A model generated the notes under the pieces. The model saw only the letters and a list, made by a program, of their open reading frames with translations, did no database searches and was not told the origin of the DNA. Source: an uncultured Gammaproteobacteria bacterium (GTDB taxonomy: Bacteria; Pseudomonadota; Gammaproteobacteria; UBA9214). Taken from it: 64,000 nucleotides of DNA. Positions 38,087 through 46,427 of the stretch are shown piece after piece. A program made the translations under genes and the position numbers. Each line of letters opens with the position of its first letter. Position 1 is the stretch's first letter. Location: contig CAVVHS010000006.1 of assembly GCA_963748215.1 (NCBI GenBank), positions 512,001-576,000 of the forward strand, written 5' to 3'.

Positions 38087-39220
38087 ATGATTCTCATTTT
38101 ATCTCCGGATACCGACAAGGACGGCGAAGAGTACCGGCAACTGCTGGAGTTTCTCTCCAACCTGAACAATATCCAGACGCGTGTACACGATGAAAAAGGT
38201 ATCCAGCAGACGCTGACAGAAATCTACCTGGTGGGTGACACGGCATCGCTGCAGACCGGGGACATGGCCAGCCTGCCCTGCGTCGAGCGCGTGGTTCGCG
38301 TGTCGGAGGAATACCGCATACTCGGCCGCCACCACGATGACAAGCGCCCCACCTGGTTCGACTACAACGGCATCCGCTTCGGCCAGGACAACCTGAATGT
38401 CTTCGCCGGGCTGTGCGCCGTGGACACACCCGAACACGTTGAACTGATGATGAAGGCGCTGAAGGAACACGGCCAGCAGTGCACGCGCATGGGCGCCTAC
38501 AAGCCGCGCACCAATCCCTACTCGTTTCAGGGGCACGGCAAGAAATGCCTGCCCTGGGTGTTCGAACTGGCCGGCAAGTACGGCATCAAGGTGATCGCAA
38601 TGGAGGTCACCCACGATTCGCATGTCACGGAAATCCACGAGGCGCTCGAGCAGACGGGTCATCCAACCGGTGTTATGCTGCAGGTCGGTACCCGCAATAC
38701 ACAGAATTTCGAATTGCTCAAGGTGATCGGTCGCGAACCCGAGTTCCCCGTGCTGCTCAAACGCGGTTTCGGCATTACACTCGAGGAATCGCTGAATGCG
38801 GCGGAGTACCTGGCCAGCGAAGGCAACCGTCGCGTCGTGTTCGGCCTGCGCGGCATGAAGACCAACATGGGTGATCCGCATCGCAACTTCATCGATTTCG
38901 CCCAGGTACCTGTCGTGCATCGGCTGACCCGCATGCCGGTCTGTATCGATCCTTCACATTCGGTAGGCTCAAGAGACGCGACCAGCGAGGGCATTCTCGA
39001 TATCTTCCATGTGACTGCACAGGGCATCATCGCCGGCGCCAACATGGTCCTGGCGGACTTCCACCCCTTCCCGAGCAAGGCACTCGTCGACGGGCCACAG
39101 GCGCTGCATATGGACGAGCTGGGATATTTCCTCGAGGATATCCGGATTGCGAGGAAAGCCTACGAGGCCCGGCTTGCATTACACGCAAAACATGTAAAGA
39201 AAATCAACAAGGCCGGCTAG
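38087..39220 (+). CDS. DAHP synthase, type I-beta, with N-terminal regulatory domain
   Basis: AGLCAVD, GAYKPRTNPYSFQG, QVGTRNTQNFELL, LLKRG, DPSHSVG. Confidence 0.88.
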   Translation: MILILSPDTDKDGEEYRQLLEFLSNLNNIQTRVHDEKGIQQTLTEIYLVGDTASLQTGDMASLPCVERVVRVSEEYRILGRHHDDKRPTWFDYNGIRFGQDNLNVFAGLCAVDTPEHVELMMKALKEHGQQCTRMGAYKPRTNPYSFQGHGKKCLPWVFELAGKYGIKVIAMEVTHDSHVTEIHEALEQTGHPTGVMLQVGTRNTQNFELLKVIGREPEFPVLLKRGFGITLEESLNAAEYLASEGNRRVVFGLRGMKTNMGDPHRNFIDFAQVPVVHRLTRMPVCIDPSHSVGSRDATSEGILDIFHVTAQGIIAGANMVLADFHPFPSKALVDGPQALHMDELGYFLEDIRIARKAYEARLALHAKHVKKINKAG

Positions 39221-39329
39221 CAATGCGGCACCATCGCCTGAAGGATACGGGCGAGCTGTCGATGCAGCGCATACCGCCTGTCACTGAAAATCGATACCGG
39301 CATCACCAAAACTGGAGGAAAACCCCGTA

Positions 39330-39533
39330 GTGAAGCACCTATTGATCGCCTTGTCACTGCTCATGACATCCGTTATGCAGCCGTTAATGGCCGGTGAGAC
39401 GGCAGATACCGCTACCAGACCACCGCCAGCGGAGCAGCCGGCGGATACTTCCAGCACCGGTAACGGCGGCGAAGCTGACACAAAGCCGCCGGTAAACAAA
39501 ACCGCTGAAGAGGAAGAACCGGATTGCGAATGA
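39330..39533 (+). CDS. Small exported peptide ending EEEEPDCE
   Basis: GGAGG site before the GTG start; signal peptide; disordered P/T/A/G/E linker; a single subterminal Cys. Confidence 0.7.
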   Translation: MKHLLIALSLLMTSVMQPLMAGETADTATRPPPAEQPADTSSTGNGGEADTKPPVNKTAEEEEPDCE

Positions 39534-39593
39534 CAGATCGCTGTTTACCCGGCGTTGAAATGTAAATTCCCAGACAACAGAAGGAGCCAACAC

Positions 39594-40259
39594 ATGAAGT
39601 TAATCGAAAATCCTGTCCTGTCTTTGCTCATTGTCGCGGCAATCACGTCGCCAGTCTCGCTCATGGCTGCCAATGAGATCGCCGTCAAGATCACCCCGGA
39701 CATGGCCTCGGCCGATGTCATGCACAAGGGCAAGAAGACCACGATTTCGCGCATCCAGAACCAGAACAACGCCGTCAACCCGGCGTTTGGCAAGACCTCC
39801 AGGAAATGCCCGCCGTTCTGCATCCAGCCTGCCACGCTGGCACCCGGCGTCGAGACCATTGCGGAACTCGAGGTCATCGACTACCTCAGGAAAATGGCCG
39901 CCGGCGACGAAAGCATCCTGGTCATCGATTCACGCACCCCTGACTGGGTGAAGAAAGGCACTATCCCGGGATCGGTAAACATTCCCTGGACTGCACTGAA
40001 CCCGGCCCAGGGTGCGGATCCGATGTCGATTGGCGAGATCTTCACCGACCGTTTCAATGTCAGGGAGCAGGAAGGCCTGTGGGATTTCAGCAATGCCAGG
40101 ACGCTGGTGATGTTCTGTAACGGGATGTGGTGCGGTCAGTCACCGAACAATATCCAAAACCTGCTCAGGTTCGGCTACCCGGCGGACAAGCTCAAGTGGT
40201 ACCGCGGCGGTATGCAGGACTGGGAAATTCTCGGCCTCACCACCGTACCGGGGCAGTAA
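39594..40259 (+). CDS. Periplasmic rhodanese-like sulfurtransferase (SoxL-like)
   Basis: AAGGAG site, signal peptide, CPPFCIQP, IDSRTPDW..GTIPGSVNIP, FCNGMWCGQS, WYRGGMQDW. Confidence 0.9.
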   Translation: MKLIENPVLSLLIVAAITSPVSLMAANEIAVKITPDMASADVMHKGKKTTISRIQNQNNAVNPAFGKTSRKCPPFCIQPATLAPGVETIAELEVIDYLRKMAAGDESILVIDSRTPDWVKKGTIPGSVNIPWTALNPAQGADPMSIGEIFTDRFNVREQEGLWDFSNARTLVMFCNGMWCGQSPNNIQNLLRFGYPADKLKWYRGGMQDWEILGLTTVPGQ

Positions 40260-40290
40260 GCCCGGCCGTTACCGTTCGCTCGGCCTGAAT

Positions 40291-40322
40291 AATGCCCGCA
40301 TCGCAGGATGCGGGCATTTTTT
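40291..40322 (+). terminator. Rho-independent terminator between convergent operons
   Basis: AATGCCCGCATC-GCAG-GATGCGGGCATT followed by a T run. Confidence 0.85.
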
Positions 40323-40348
40323 GCGCGGCAACCGGCGGATAACCGCCG

Positions 40349-40370
40349 CCCGGTGAGGAATGCGGGCTAG
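40349..40370. repeat. Solo copy of the terminal repeat of the 56416-56914 element
   Basis: CCCGGTGAGGAATGCGGGCTAG matches CCCGGTGAGAAATGCGGGCTAG (56895-56916) at 21/22. Confidence 0.75.
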
Positions 40371-41104
40371 AATTCGTACTCCAGCAGCAGCCTGACGGTG
40401 CGATCGGGCGTCGCGTCCTTCATGCCAATGATCAGCCCGCCTTCCCAGTGCAACTGCTTGCCAGGAGCCAGTCGGTAGTTACCCATGAGCACAGGTCCGG
40501 CGCCGAGGATGCCTTCTCCGCTGTAGAACTCCAGCGCCGGCTCCAGCGACTTCGACAGCCGGTAGCGCGCCTGCAGCGCGAGCGCCGTCTCGAATTCGTT
40601 GCTGACATCATCCCCGAACTCGTAGGCCATGGAGAGATTCGCGGTACCCGTCCATTGCTGCCACTCCGTCTCGGCGAGCAGGGTACCGGAAATCTCCATC
40701 CTGTCGGGGTCTTCCGCCGAGGCGACTTCGAACAGCAACCCCCAGTCCGCGGCATACTCGCCCTGCTCGGTGATCTGCCAGAGGGCCTCCACTTCGTACT
40801 CGCTGAGACGGAAGGAGTTCATGCTGTCCTTCTCGCCGATCAGGTACACCTCGCCGAACCAGTTGTCACTGAACGCCATGCCGTAACCGAGACGCCAGGT
40901 CTGCCGGTCAACGTAGCGCGGGTTGCCACCGTTTTCCAGCGATGTCCTGAGCTCGAGTTCGCGCTCGAGGGGCTGCACATACGGATGGTATATCTTGTCA
41001 ATGACGCCACCATCGGCGTGTGCGGCATGCTGCCCGGCCAGTGCGATATGAAAAACCCACAGCAGGCATCTTAATGTACGTGGCGCGGACAGGTTCATAG
41101 TCAT
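40367..41104 (-). CDS. Probable outer-membrane beta-barrel protein linked to FTR1
   Basis: Signal peptide ending AHA, DKIYHPYV, alternating beta-strand pattern, C-terminal LLEYEF. Confidence 0.8.
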   Translation of the reverse strand: MTMNLSAPRTLRCLLWVFHIALAGQHAAHADGGVIDKIYHPYVQPLERELELRTSLENGGNPRYVDRQTWRLGYGMAFSDNWFGEVYLIGEKDSMNSFRLSEYEVEALWQITEQGEYAADWGLLFEVASAEDPDRMEISGTLLAETEWQQWTGTANLSMAYEFGDDVSNEFETALALQARYRLSKSLEPALEFYSGEGILGAGPVLMGNYRLAPGKQLHWEGGLIIGMKDATPDRTVRLLLEYEF

Positions 41105-41907
41105 GCAGTCTCCCGTGTGCCCTTGCGCTGCAGTCTGCGCCGGAATGCGGAGCCTGCGCTGACTATCAGCATGAGCAGCGCTCCGCCGAAATAGAATCCC
41201 GCCTGGATAGCCGTTGGCGTGGCCTCGTAACCGAGCAGTGCATAGAGTAACTGGCCGGTCACCGAGTCCTCCGCAATCACGGAGGAGCTGTCCCAGACCG
41301 GCAGCTGTGCGGGCAGCCAGTCGGCCTGTATCAAAAGCAACGCCGCCTGCGAGACGAGCCCCGCCGCCACCAGCATCAGCAGGAACAGGCTGACGTAATG
41401 CGAAGGGATGTGCGGCATGCTGCGCAACAGGTAATAAATCAGCGCACCGATGCTGATACCGATGCCGGCGCCGATTGCCGAGCCGACCAGCACAACCAGC
41501 AGCTGTTTCAGGTTGCCGGCAAAACCGAACACGTAGACCAGGATCTCGAAGCCTTCCCGGGTAATCGCAAGTGCCACAATCGCTGCCATGACGATCGAGA
41601 GCGCCCCGGTGCTGCATTTCTCCGTCCTGGCCGGGTTTCCCAGAAGCAACAGCAGGACCGCGATGGCCAGGTAAATCGCGAATTGCAGGCTGGCGCTGCT
41701 GACTTCCTGGCCGACGCCGTCAAACCAGTTCGATACTGTGTCGATGCCATAGCCGAGACCGATTGCCGATGCCATGCCGCAGGCCAGCGCCAGGCCTATC
41801 CAGCCGCGACTGATGCCGTGCGCGGCGGACAGTGCAGACAGGATGCTGATCAGCAGCGCGGCCTCGAGCACCTCGCGCAGCACGATTATGACCGATGTCA
41901 GCAACAT
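41101..41907 (-). CDS. FTR1-family iron permease
   Basis: Two RExxE motifs (LREVLEA, TREGFEI); about 7 TM segments; LLGYEATP. Confidence 0.93.
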   Translation of the reverse strand: MLLTSVIIVLREVLEAALLISILSALSAAHGISRGWIGLALACGMASAIGLGYGIDTVSNWFDGVGQEVSSASLQFAIYLAIAVLLLLLGNPARTEKCSTGALSIVMAAIVALAITREGFEILVYVFGFAGNLKQLLVVLVGSAIGAGIGISIGALIYYLLRSMPHIPSHYVSLFLLMLVAAGLVSQAALLLIQADWLPAQLPVWDSSSVIAEDSVTGQLLYALLGYEATPTAIQAGFYFGGALLMLIVSAGSAFRRRLQRKGTRETA

Positions 41908-41917
41908 GAAGAGGTCC

Positions 41918-42262
41918 TCATTCCGCGATCACCTTGCCCTGTGCCGTTTTCGGGTGGAATTCGCCGAAAAACGGATACTCGCCAGGCGCCAGTGGACCGA
42001 TGAAAACCACCGCCGTGCGCCGTCCCATGATGACTTTTTCGCGGTTCAGCTCGTAACTCTCGAATTCCTCCGGTGTCGGGTCGTTATTGGTGATCAGCAG
42101 CTTGACCTTCGTGTGCGCAGGCACGACCAGCTCGGATGGCCAGAACAGGTGATTGCGAATCTCCAACTCGAATACCGGCTTGCCCGCCACGGCAGGCCCG
42201 GCTGTAGCGGATGCAAGCAGCAGTGCAGCGAGAACACCTGGCATGCGCTGCAGCGTTCTCAT
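41918..42262 (-). CDS. Periplasmic cupredoxin-domain protein (FtrB/EfeO-N-like)
   Basis: Signal peptide, PEEFESYELNREKVI, GPLAPGEYPFFGEFH. Confidence 0.9.
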   Translation of the reverse strand: MRTLQRMPGVLAALLLASATAGPAVAGKPVFELEIRNHLFWPSELVVPAHTKVKLLITNNDPTPEEFESYELNREKVIMGRRTAVVFIGPLAPGEYPFFGEFHPKTAQGKVIAE

Positions 42263-43620
42263 GATGGCTTGCCGCTGGTGCGTCCGTGTACCCTGCCACG
42301 TGTTTCTGCAGTACAGGCGGGAAACGATATGCTGACTGACAGGCCGCCTGCGAGTTCCGACACACCGAGACTGATGCTGGCATGGTGCAGGTCCGCGACG
42401 TGTCTGACGATAGACAGGCCCAGTCCACAACCGATGATGCCGGAAGCGTGCTGATCACCACCCCCCCGGTAGAAGCGATCGAATATACGATCGTGCTGGT
42501 CAGCGGGTATGCCGGGGCCCGAGTCCTGTACACGCAGGATGACATGCGCGCCCCGCTCCTGCACGGATACCCGGATCATGCCGCCGGCCGGGGTGTATTT
42601 GCAGGCATTATCGAGCAGGTTCTGCAGCAGCGTCTCGAGTGCGAAGCGGTCACCCGCCACGCAGGCCCGTGTGCCCTCGAGTTCCAGCTGCTGGTTTCTG
42701 TCCTCGAACCGGGAATATTTGCGTGCGATGTAGTCCTGCGCCAGCGCATGCAGGTCGATGGGTTCGAAGCGCACCATGATCTCGTCCGGTGCCGTGCGGT
42801 GCAGTGCCAGCACCTGTTCAACCACGTTCTGCATGCGGGTGGTGGCGGATTCCAGCTGTTGCAGGTTGTGGTTATCGGTCGGCAGGTCGCGAGCGAGATT
42901 ATGCAGGTGAATTTTCATTGCACTCAGGGGTGTTCGCAACTCGTGCGCAGCGTCCGCGGCAAAGGATTTCTCGCGCCGGAACGAGGCATCGAGGCGTCGC
43001 AGCAGGTCATTGATGGAGGTGACCACCTGCAGCAGTTCCCGGGGTTGCTCGTCGAACGGCAGCGGGCCGAGGTCGTCCGCACGCTTGTCGCGCAGGTGTA
43101 TGGCGAGCCTGCGCAGTGGCGCGAGCCCGTAGCCGACGACGAACCAGATCAGCAGGCCAGTCAGCGGCAGGGCCACCACGACAGGTGCGACGGACTTGAG
43201 AATGACACTTTCCGCAAGTTCGTTACGCACGTCGACACGTTCCGCCGTGATGATCCAGCGTTGCGTCGGCGGATCGGGCAGGACATAGGTACGCCAGCGG
43301 TAACTGCCGAAATTATTGTATTCGTAGCCGGCCTCCAGACGCGCCATGGGTGTCAGTGGCGCGTTGGCTGAATGTTGCCAGAGGTCATCGCCCTGCCACA
43401 CCTGAAAGGCGAACTGGCGGGCCGTATCACGCACGCCGCTGTCAGACAGGCTACGGCCATGCGTGATCGCGAGCAGTTGCGCGGCGTCGGCCAGCTTGAT
43501 GTCGAACAGTGTTTGTGCCTCGGACATGCTCTCGCGGTAACCGTGCAATGCAGAAAGAAAGACCGTCAGCGTCATGGTCGCCAGCAAGGCAACGACCAGG
43601 AAAATGCGGATCGAGCTCAC
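42259..43620 (-). CDS. Sensor histidine kinase, QseC/PmrB-like
   Basis: Two TM helices, HAMP, DAAHELRTPL, NLLDNACKY, DSGPGI, GLGLSIV. Confidence 0.95.
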   Translation of the reverse strand: MSSIRIFLVVALLATMTLTVFLSALHGYRESMSEAQTLFDIKLADAAQLLAITHGRSLSDSGVRDTARQFAFQVWQGDDLWQHSANAPLTPMARLEAGYEYNNFGSYRWRTYVLPDPPTQRWIITAERVDVRNELAESVILKSVAPVVVALPLTGLLIWFVVGYGLAPLRRLAIHLRDKRADDLGPLPFDEQPRELLQVVTSINDLLRRLDASFRREKSFAADAAHELRTPLSAMKIHLHNLARDLPTDNHNLQQLESATTRMQNVVEQVLALHRTAPDEIMVRFEPIDLHALAQDYIARKYSRFEDRNQQLELEGTRACVAGDRFALETLLQNLLDNACKYTPAGGMIRVSVQERGAHVILRVQDSGPGIPADQHDRIFDRFYRGGGDQHASGIIGCGLGLSIVRHVADLHHASISLGVSELAGGLSVSISFPACTAETRGRVHGRTSGKPS

Positions 43621-44276
43621 GCCTTGCTTACCGTATAGCCAACGCCTCGCACGGTCTTGATGAATTCCGGTGCTATCTTCTTGCGCAGGTGGTGAATGTG
43701 GACTTCCACCGAATTGCTGCTGACCTCCTCGCCCCAGCCATACAGCTTCGTTTCCAGGCTCTCCCGCGAAAGTATCCGTCCCGGATTTTCCATCAGCAGC
43801 TTGAGCAGCATGAATTCGCGGCGCGGCAGTTCGACCAGTCGGCCATCGACGGAAACCTGGTGAGTCAGCATATCCAGCACTACCGGCCCCAGCACGATTT
43901 CGCTGCTGCGCGCGGCGCTGACCCTGCGCTCCAGGGCACGCAGGCGCGCCAGCAACTCGGGCATCTCGAACGGTTTGGCCAGGTAATCGTCCGCGCCCCG
44001 GTCCAGACCCGTCACCTTGTCGGCCGTGGTATCACGTGCGGTCAGTACCATGACCAGTGGATTGGCGGCGCTGCGGCGGATATCCCTGAGAACGTCGAGG
44101 CCTTCCATATCCGGCAGGCCGAGATCCAGGATGACAATGTCGGGGGTATCCGTGTCGATGGCAAGCAGCGCGGCCTTGCCCTGCTCGACATGGTTGACGG
44201 TAAAGCCTTCCCGCTTCAGCGCGCGCTGCAGGCCATCGGCCAGCGACAGGTCATCTTCCACCAGCAGTATTTGCAT
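43617..44276 (-). CDS. OmpR-family response regulator, QseB/PmrA-like
   Basis: ILLVEDD, LDLGLPD, GADDYLAKPF, SNSVEVHIHHLRKK, TVRGVGY. Confidence 0.96.
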   Translation of the reverse strand: MQILLVEDDLSLADGLQRALKREGFTVNHVEQGKAALLAIDTDTPDIVILDLGLPDMEGLDVLRDIRRSAANPLVMVLTARDTTADKVTGLDRGADDYLAKPFEMPELLARLRALERRVSAARSSEIVLGPVVLDMLTHQVSVDGRLVELPRREFMLLKLLMENPGRILSRESLETKLYGWGEEVSSNSVEVHIHHLRKKIAPEFIKTVRGVGYTVSKA

Positions 44277-44299
44277 GTACCGGCTCTGGTCATATCCGG

Positions 44300-45091
44300 C
44301 TACCCCGCCCTGACTGCGAAGGCACGCGCGCGACGATCCTGTTTGCGCAGCGCCCTGTCCACCAGCCCCGGAAGCAACCCGTTGATTCGAACAAACAGCG
44401 ATTCAGGGAAGCCAATATAGCATTCTTTCCGGTGACTTCGAACCGCCTCGAGAATCCGGCGCGCCACGGGTTCCGGCTCGTCGAAATTCATCCTGACCGC
44501 CTTCGCCATGTCGTAGACCTGCTGCGAATTGATCCCGGTGCGTACCGCGCGCGGCGCCACGTACGTCACGTCGACACCGGTGTCGGCAAGCTCCCTGCGC
44601 AGCGCCTGCGAGAAGCCGCGTAATGCGAACTTGCTGGCCGAGTAGGCGGAGAACCAGGCGAAGCCGATGCTGCCGAAGGCCGAGCCGACATTGACGATCT
44701 GGCCACTGCCCTGTTCCAGCAGGGTTGGCAGTACCGCGTGGGTCAGCAACATCGGTGCCAGTGTGTTGATCTCCAGGGTCCTGCGCACCAGCTCGGCCGG
44801 TTGCTGCTCGAACGCCCCGAACGGGTTGATACCGGCGGAGTTGATCAGTATATCGATGCCACCTAAATGTCGCAGGGCTTCGCTGACGATCCGCTCGCGT
44901 GCCTCGGCCGTGGTGATGTCGGCGCAGACGGTGTGCACCCGCTCGGGGCCAAGCGCCTGCTGCCGGTCCGCCAGGGCCTGCTCGTTGAGATCGACCAGCA
45001 CCAGCCGGGCGCCGGCATTCGCCAGCTGGACGGCCAGCTGGCCGCCGATACCACCGCCGGCACCGGTCAGGATGACGCGCTTGTTTTCCAT
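44300..45091 (-). CDS. Short-chain dehydrogenase/reductase
   Basis: TGAGGGIG, NSAG, YSASK; catalytic Ser in VGSAFG. Confidence 0.93.
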   Translation of the reverse strand: MENKRVILTGAGGGIGGQLAVQLANAGARLVLVDLNEQALADRQQALGPERVHTVCADITTAEARERIVSEALRHLGGIDILINSAGINPFGAFEQQPAELVRRTLEINTLAPMLLTHAVLPTLLEQGSGQIVNVGSAFGSIGFAWFSAYSASKFALRGFSQALRRELADTGVDVTYVAPRAVRTGINSQQVYDMAKAVRMNFDEPEPVARRILEAVRSHRKECYIGFPESLFVRINGLLPGLVDRALRKQDRRARAFAVRAG

Positions 45092-45119
45092 CGGTTCACT
45101 CCCGGTTTGCCGCTCGATG

Positions 45120-45758
45120 TCAGAGTTTGCTGCGTGCCAGTTGCAGCTTGGTGGCAACTTCCTGCCGCCGGCCCTTGTCGGCCAGCGCGCGGTTCGGGCG
45201 CGGTGCGGCGGCCTGTGCCTTCTCGAGGAAGCGCACCGCCTCGGCCGGCTTGCCCTCTTCGAGCATGAAATCGCCGTAGAAATAGTTCGGATCGATGCCG
45301 TCCGGGTTCAGTGACAACGCCTTGCGCAGGTACAGCTCGGCCTTGGCGTCGCTGCCGAACGCGATCGGCCAGCCCGGTACCTGGTAATAAAGCGAACCCA
45401 GCGAGGTGTAGACCGAGCCGTTCAGCACCGTGGCGTCGATCTGCTCGGCCTTTTCGAGCAGCTTGCGCGCCTCCTTGACCTTGCCGAGCGCGCTGATACC
45501 ACCGGTGGCGCCGGCATCGGAACTCAGGATGATGGCCAGCCACACCAGCGGTTCGGCCTTGTCCGGGCTGGCAGCGACCAGCTTGCGTGCATCCTGGGTC
45601 AGCTGTTCAAAGGCCTTGCCCTGGGCATCTTTCACCGTGTCGTAATTGACGGTGGCCCAGCGCTGCTGAATGACCAGGAGATCCTCTTCCATACCGGCCA
45701 GCGCCGCGGCCGAGCCGGCGAGCAGAATGCCGGAGATGATGAATGCTGCAAATTTCAT
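45120..45758 (-). CDS. Exported tetratricopeptide-repeat protein
   Basis: Signal peptide; SLGSLYYQVPGWPIAFG, NPDGIDPNYFYG. Confidence 0.88.
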   Translation of the reverse strand: MKFAAFIISGILLAGSAAALAGMEEDLLVIQQRWATVNYDTVKDAQGKAFEQLTQDARKLVAASPDKAEPLVWLAIILSSDAGATGGISALGKVKEARKLLEKAEQIDATVLNGSVYTSLGSLYYQVPGWPIAFGSDAKAELYLRKALSLNPDGIDPNYFYGDFMLEEGKPAEAVRFLEKAQAAAPRPNRALADKGRRQEVATKLQLARSKL

Positions 45759-45773
45759 GTCGGTTACCTCGTA

Positions 45774-46427
45774 TTAATCCAGTGGAAGACTGCGAAAAAC
45801 ATCGCCATAGAGGCGATACATCATGTTGGCCATGTGAATGACCGCCTGCCGGTCGTTGCTGTCATCCAGGCGGTTCATCAGCGACTCGAAAAATTCCATG
45901 TGCCCGATATCCAGCGAACCGTGCGAGCTCAGGTAGCTGAATGCGTTCTTCGGCAGGTCCAGTGCAGCAGCGATGGCACCGGCCGCGCCCGTTGCCAGCT
46001 GGATGCTGGTGCCTTCCAGCACGAGCACCATGCCGAAAAATCCCACCGGGTTGCCACGATTGATGGTGTCATAGGCGTAGGCCACCATCAGCTCTGTCTC
46101 GGGATGCGGCATGCCATGACGATACTGCTCCGGATCTGCTCCGCAGGCGCGAATGTCGTTGAGGATCCATTCCTGGTGCCCGGTTTCTTCCTCGATGTAG
46201 TCGCCGATCGCCTCGCGCAACCACTCCTTTTCCATGGGCAGTCGGCTGCCGCAGGCCATCAGCAGCGGCACCGTGTGCTTGACGTGATGATAGGCCTGCC
46301 CGAGGAAAGCGACGTAGGTATCACGTGATATTTTTCCCTGCGCGCCGCGCACCAGCTGCGGTACCGCGAGCAGCGACTCGCGTGCGGGTTGTGTTTCCGA
46401 CTGCAGCTGCGCGAAAAAATCACTCAT
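45774..46427 (-). CDS. Heme-oxygenase-like (TenA/PqqC/CADD-type) iron-containing redox enzyme
   Basis: YHHVKHT, EETGHQEW, VLEGTS, SHGSLDIGH; these E/H ligands are typical of HO-like diiron oxidases. Confidence 0.88.
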   Translation of the reverse strand: MSDFFAQLQSETQPARESLLAVPQLVRGAQGKISRDTYVAFLGQAYHHVKHTVPLLMACGSRLPMEKEWLREAIGDYIEEETGHQEWILNDIRACGADPEQYRHGMPHPETELMVAYAYDTINRGNPVGFFGMVLVLEGTSIQLATGAAGAIAAALDLPKNAFSYLSSHGSLDIGHMEFFESLMNRLDDSNDRQAVIHMANMMYRLYGDVFRSLPLD

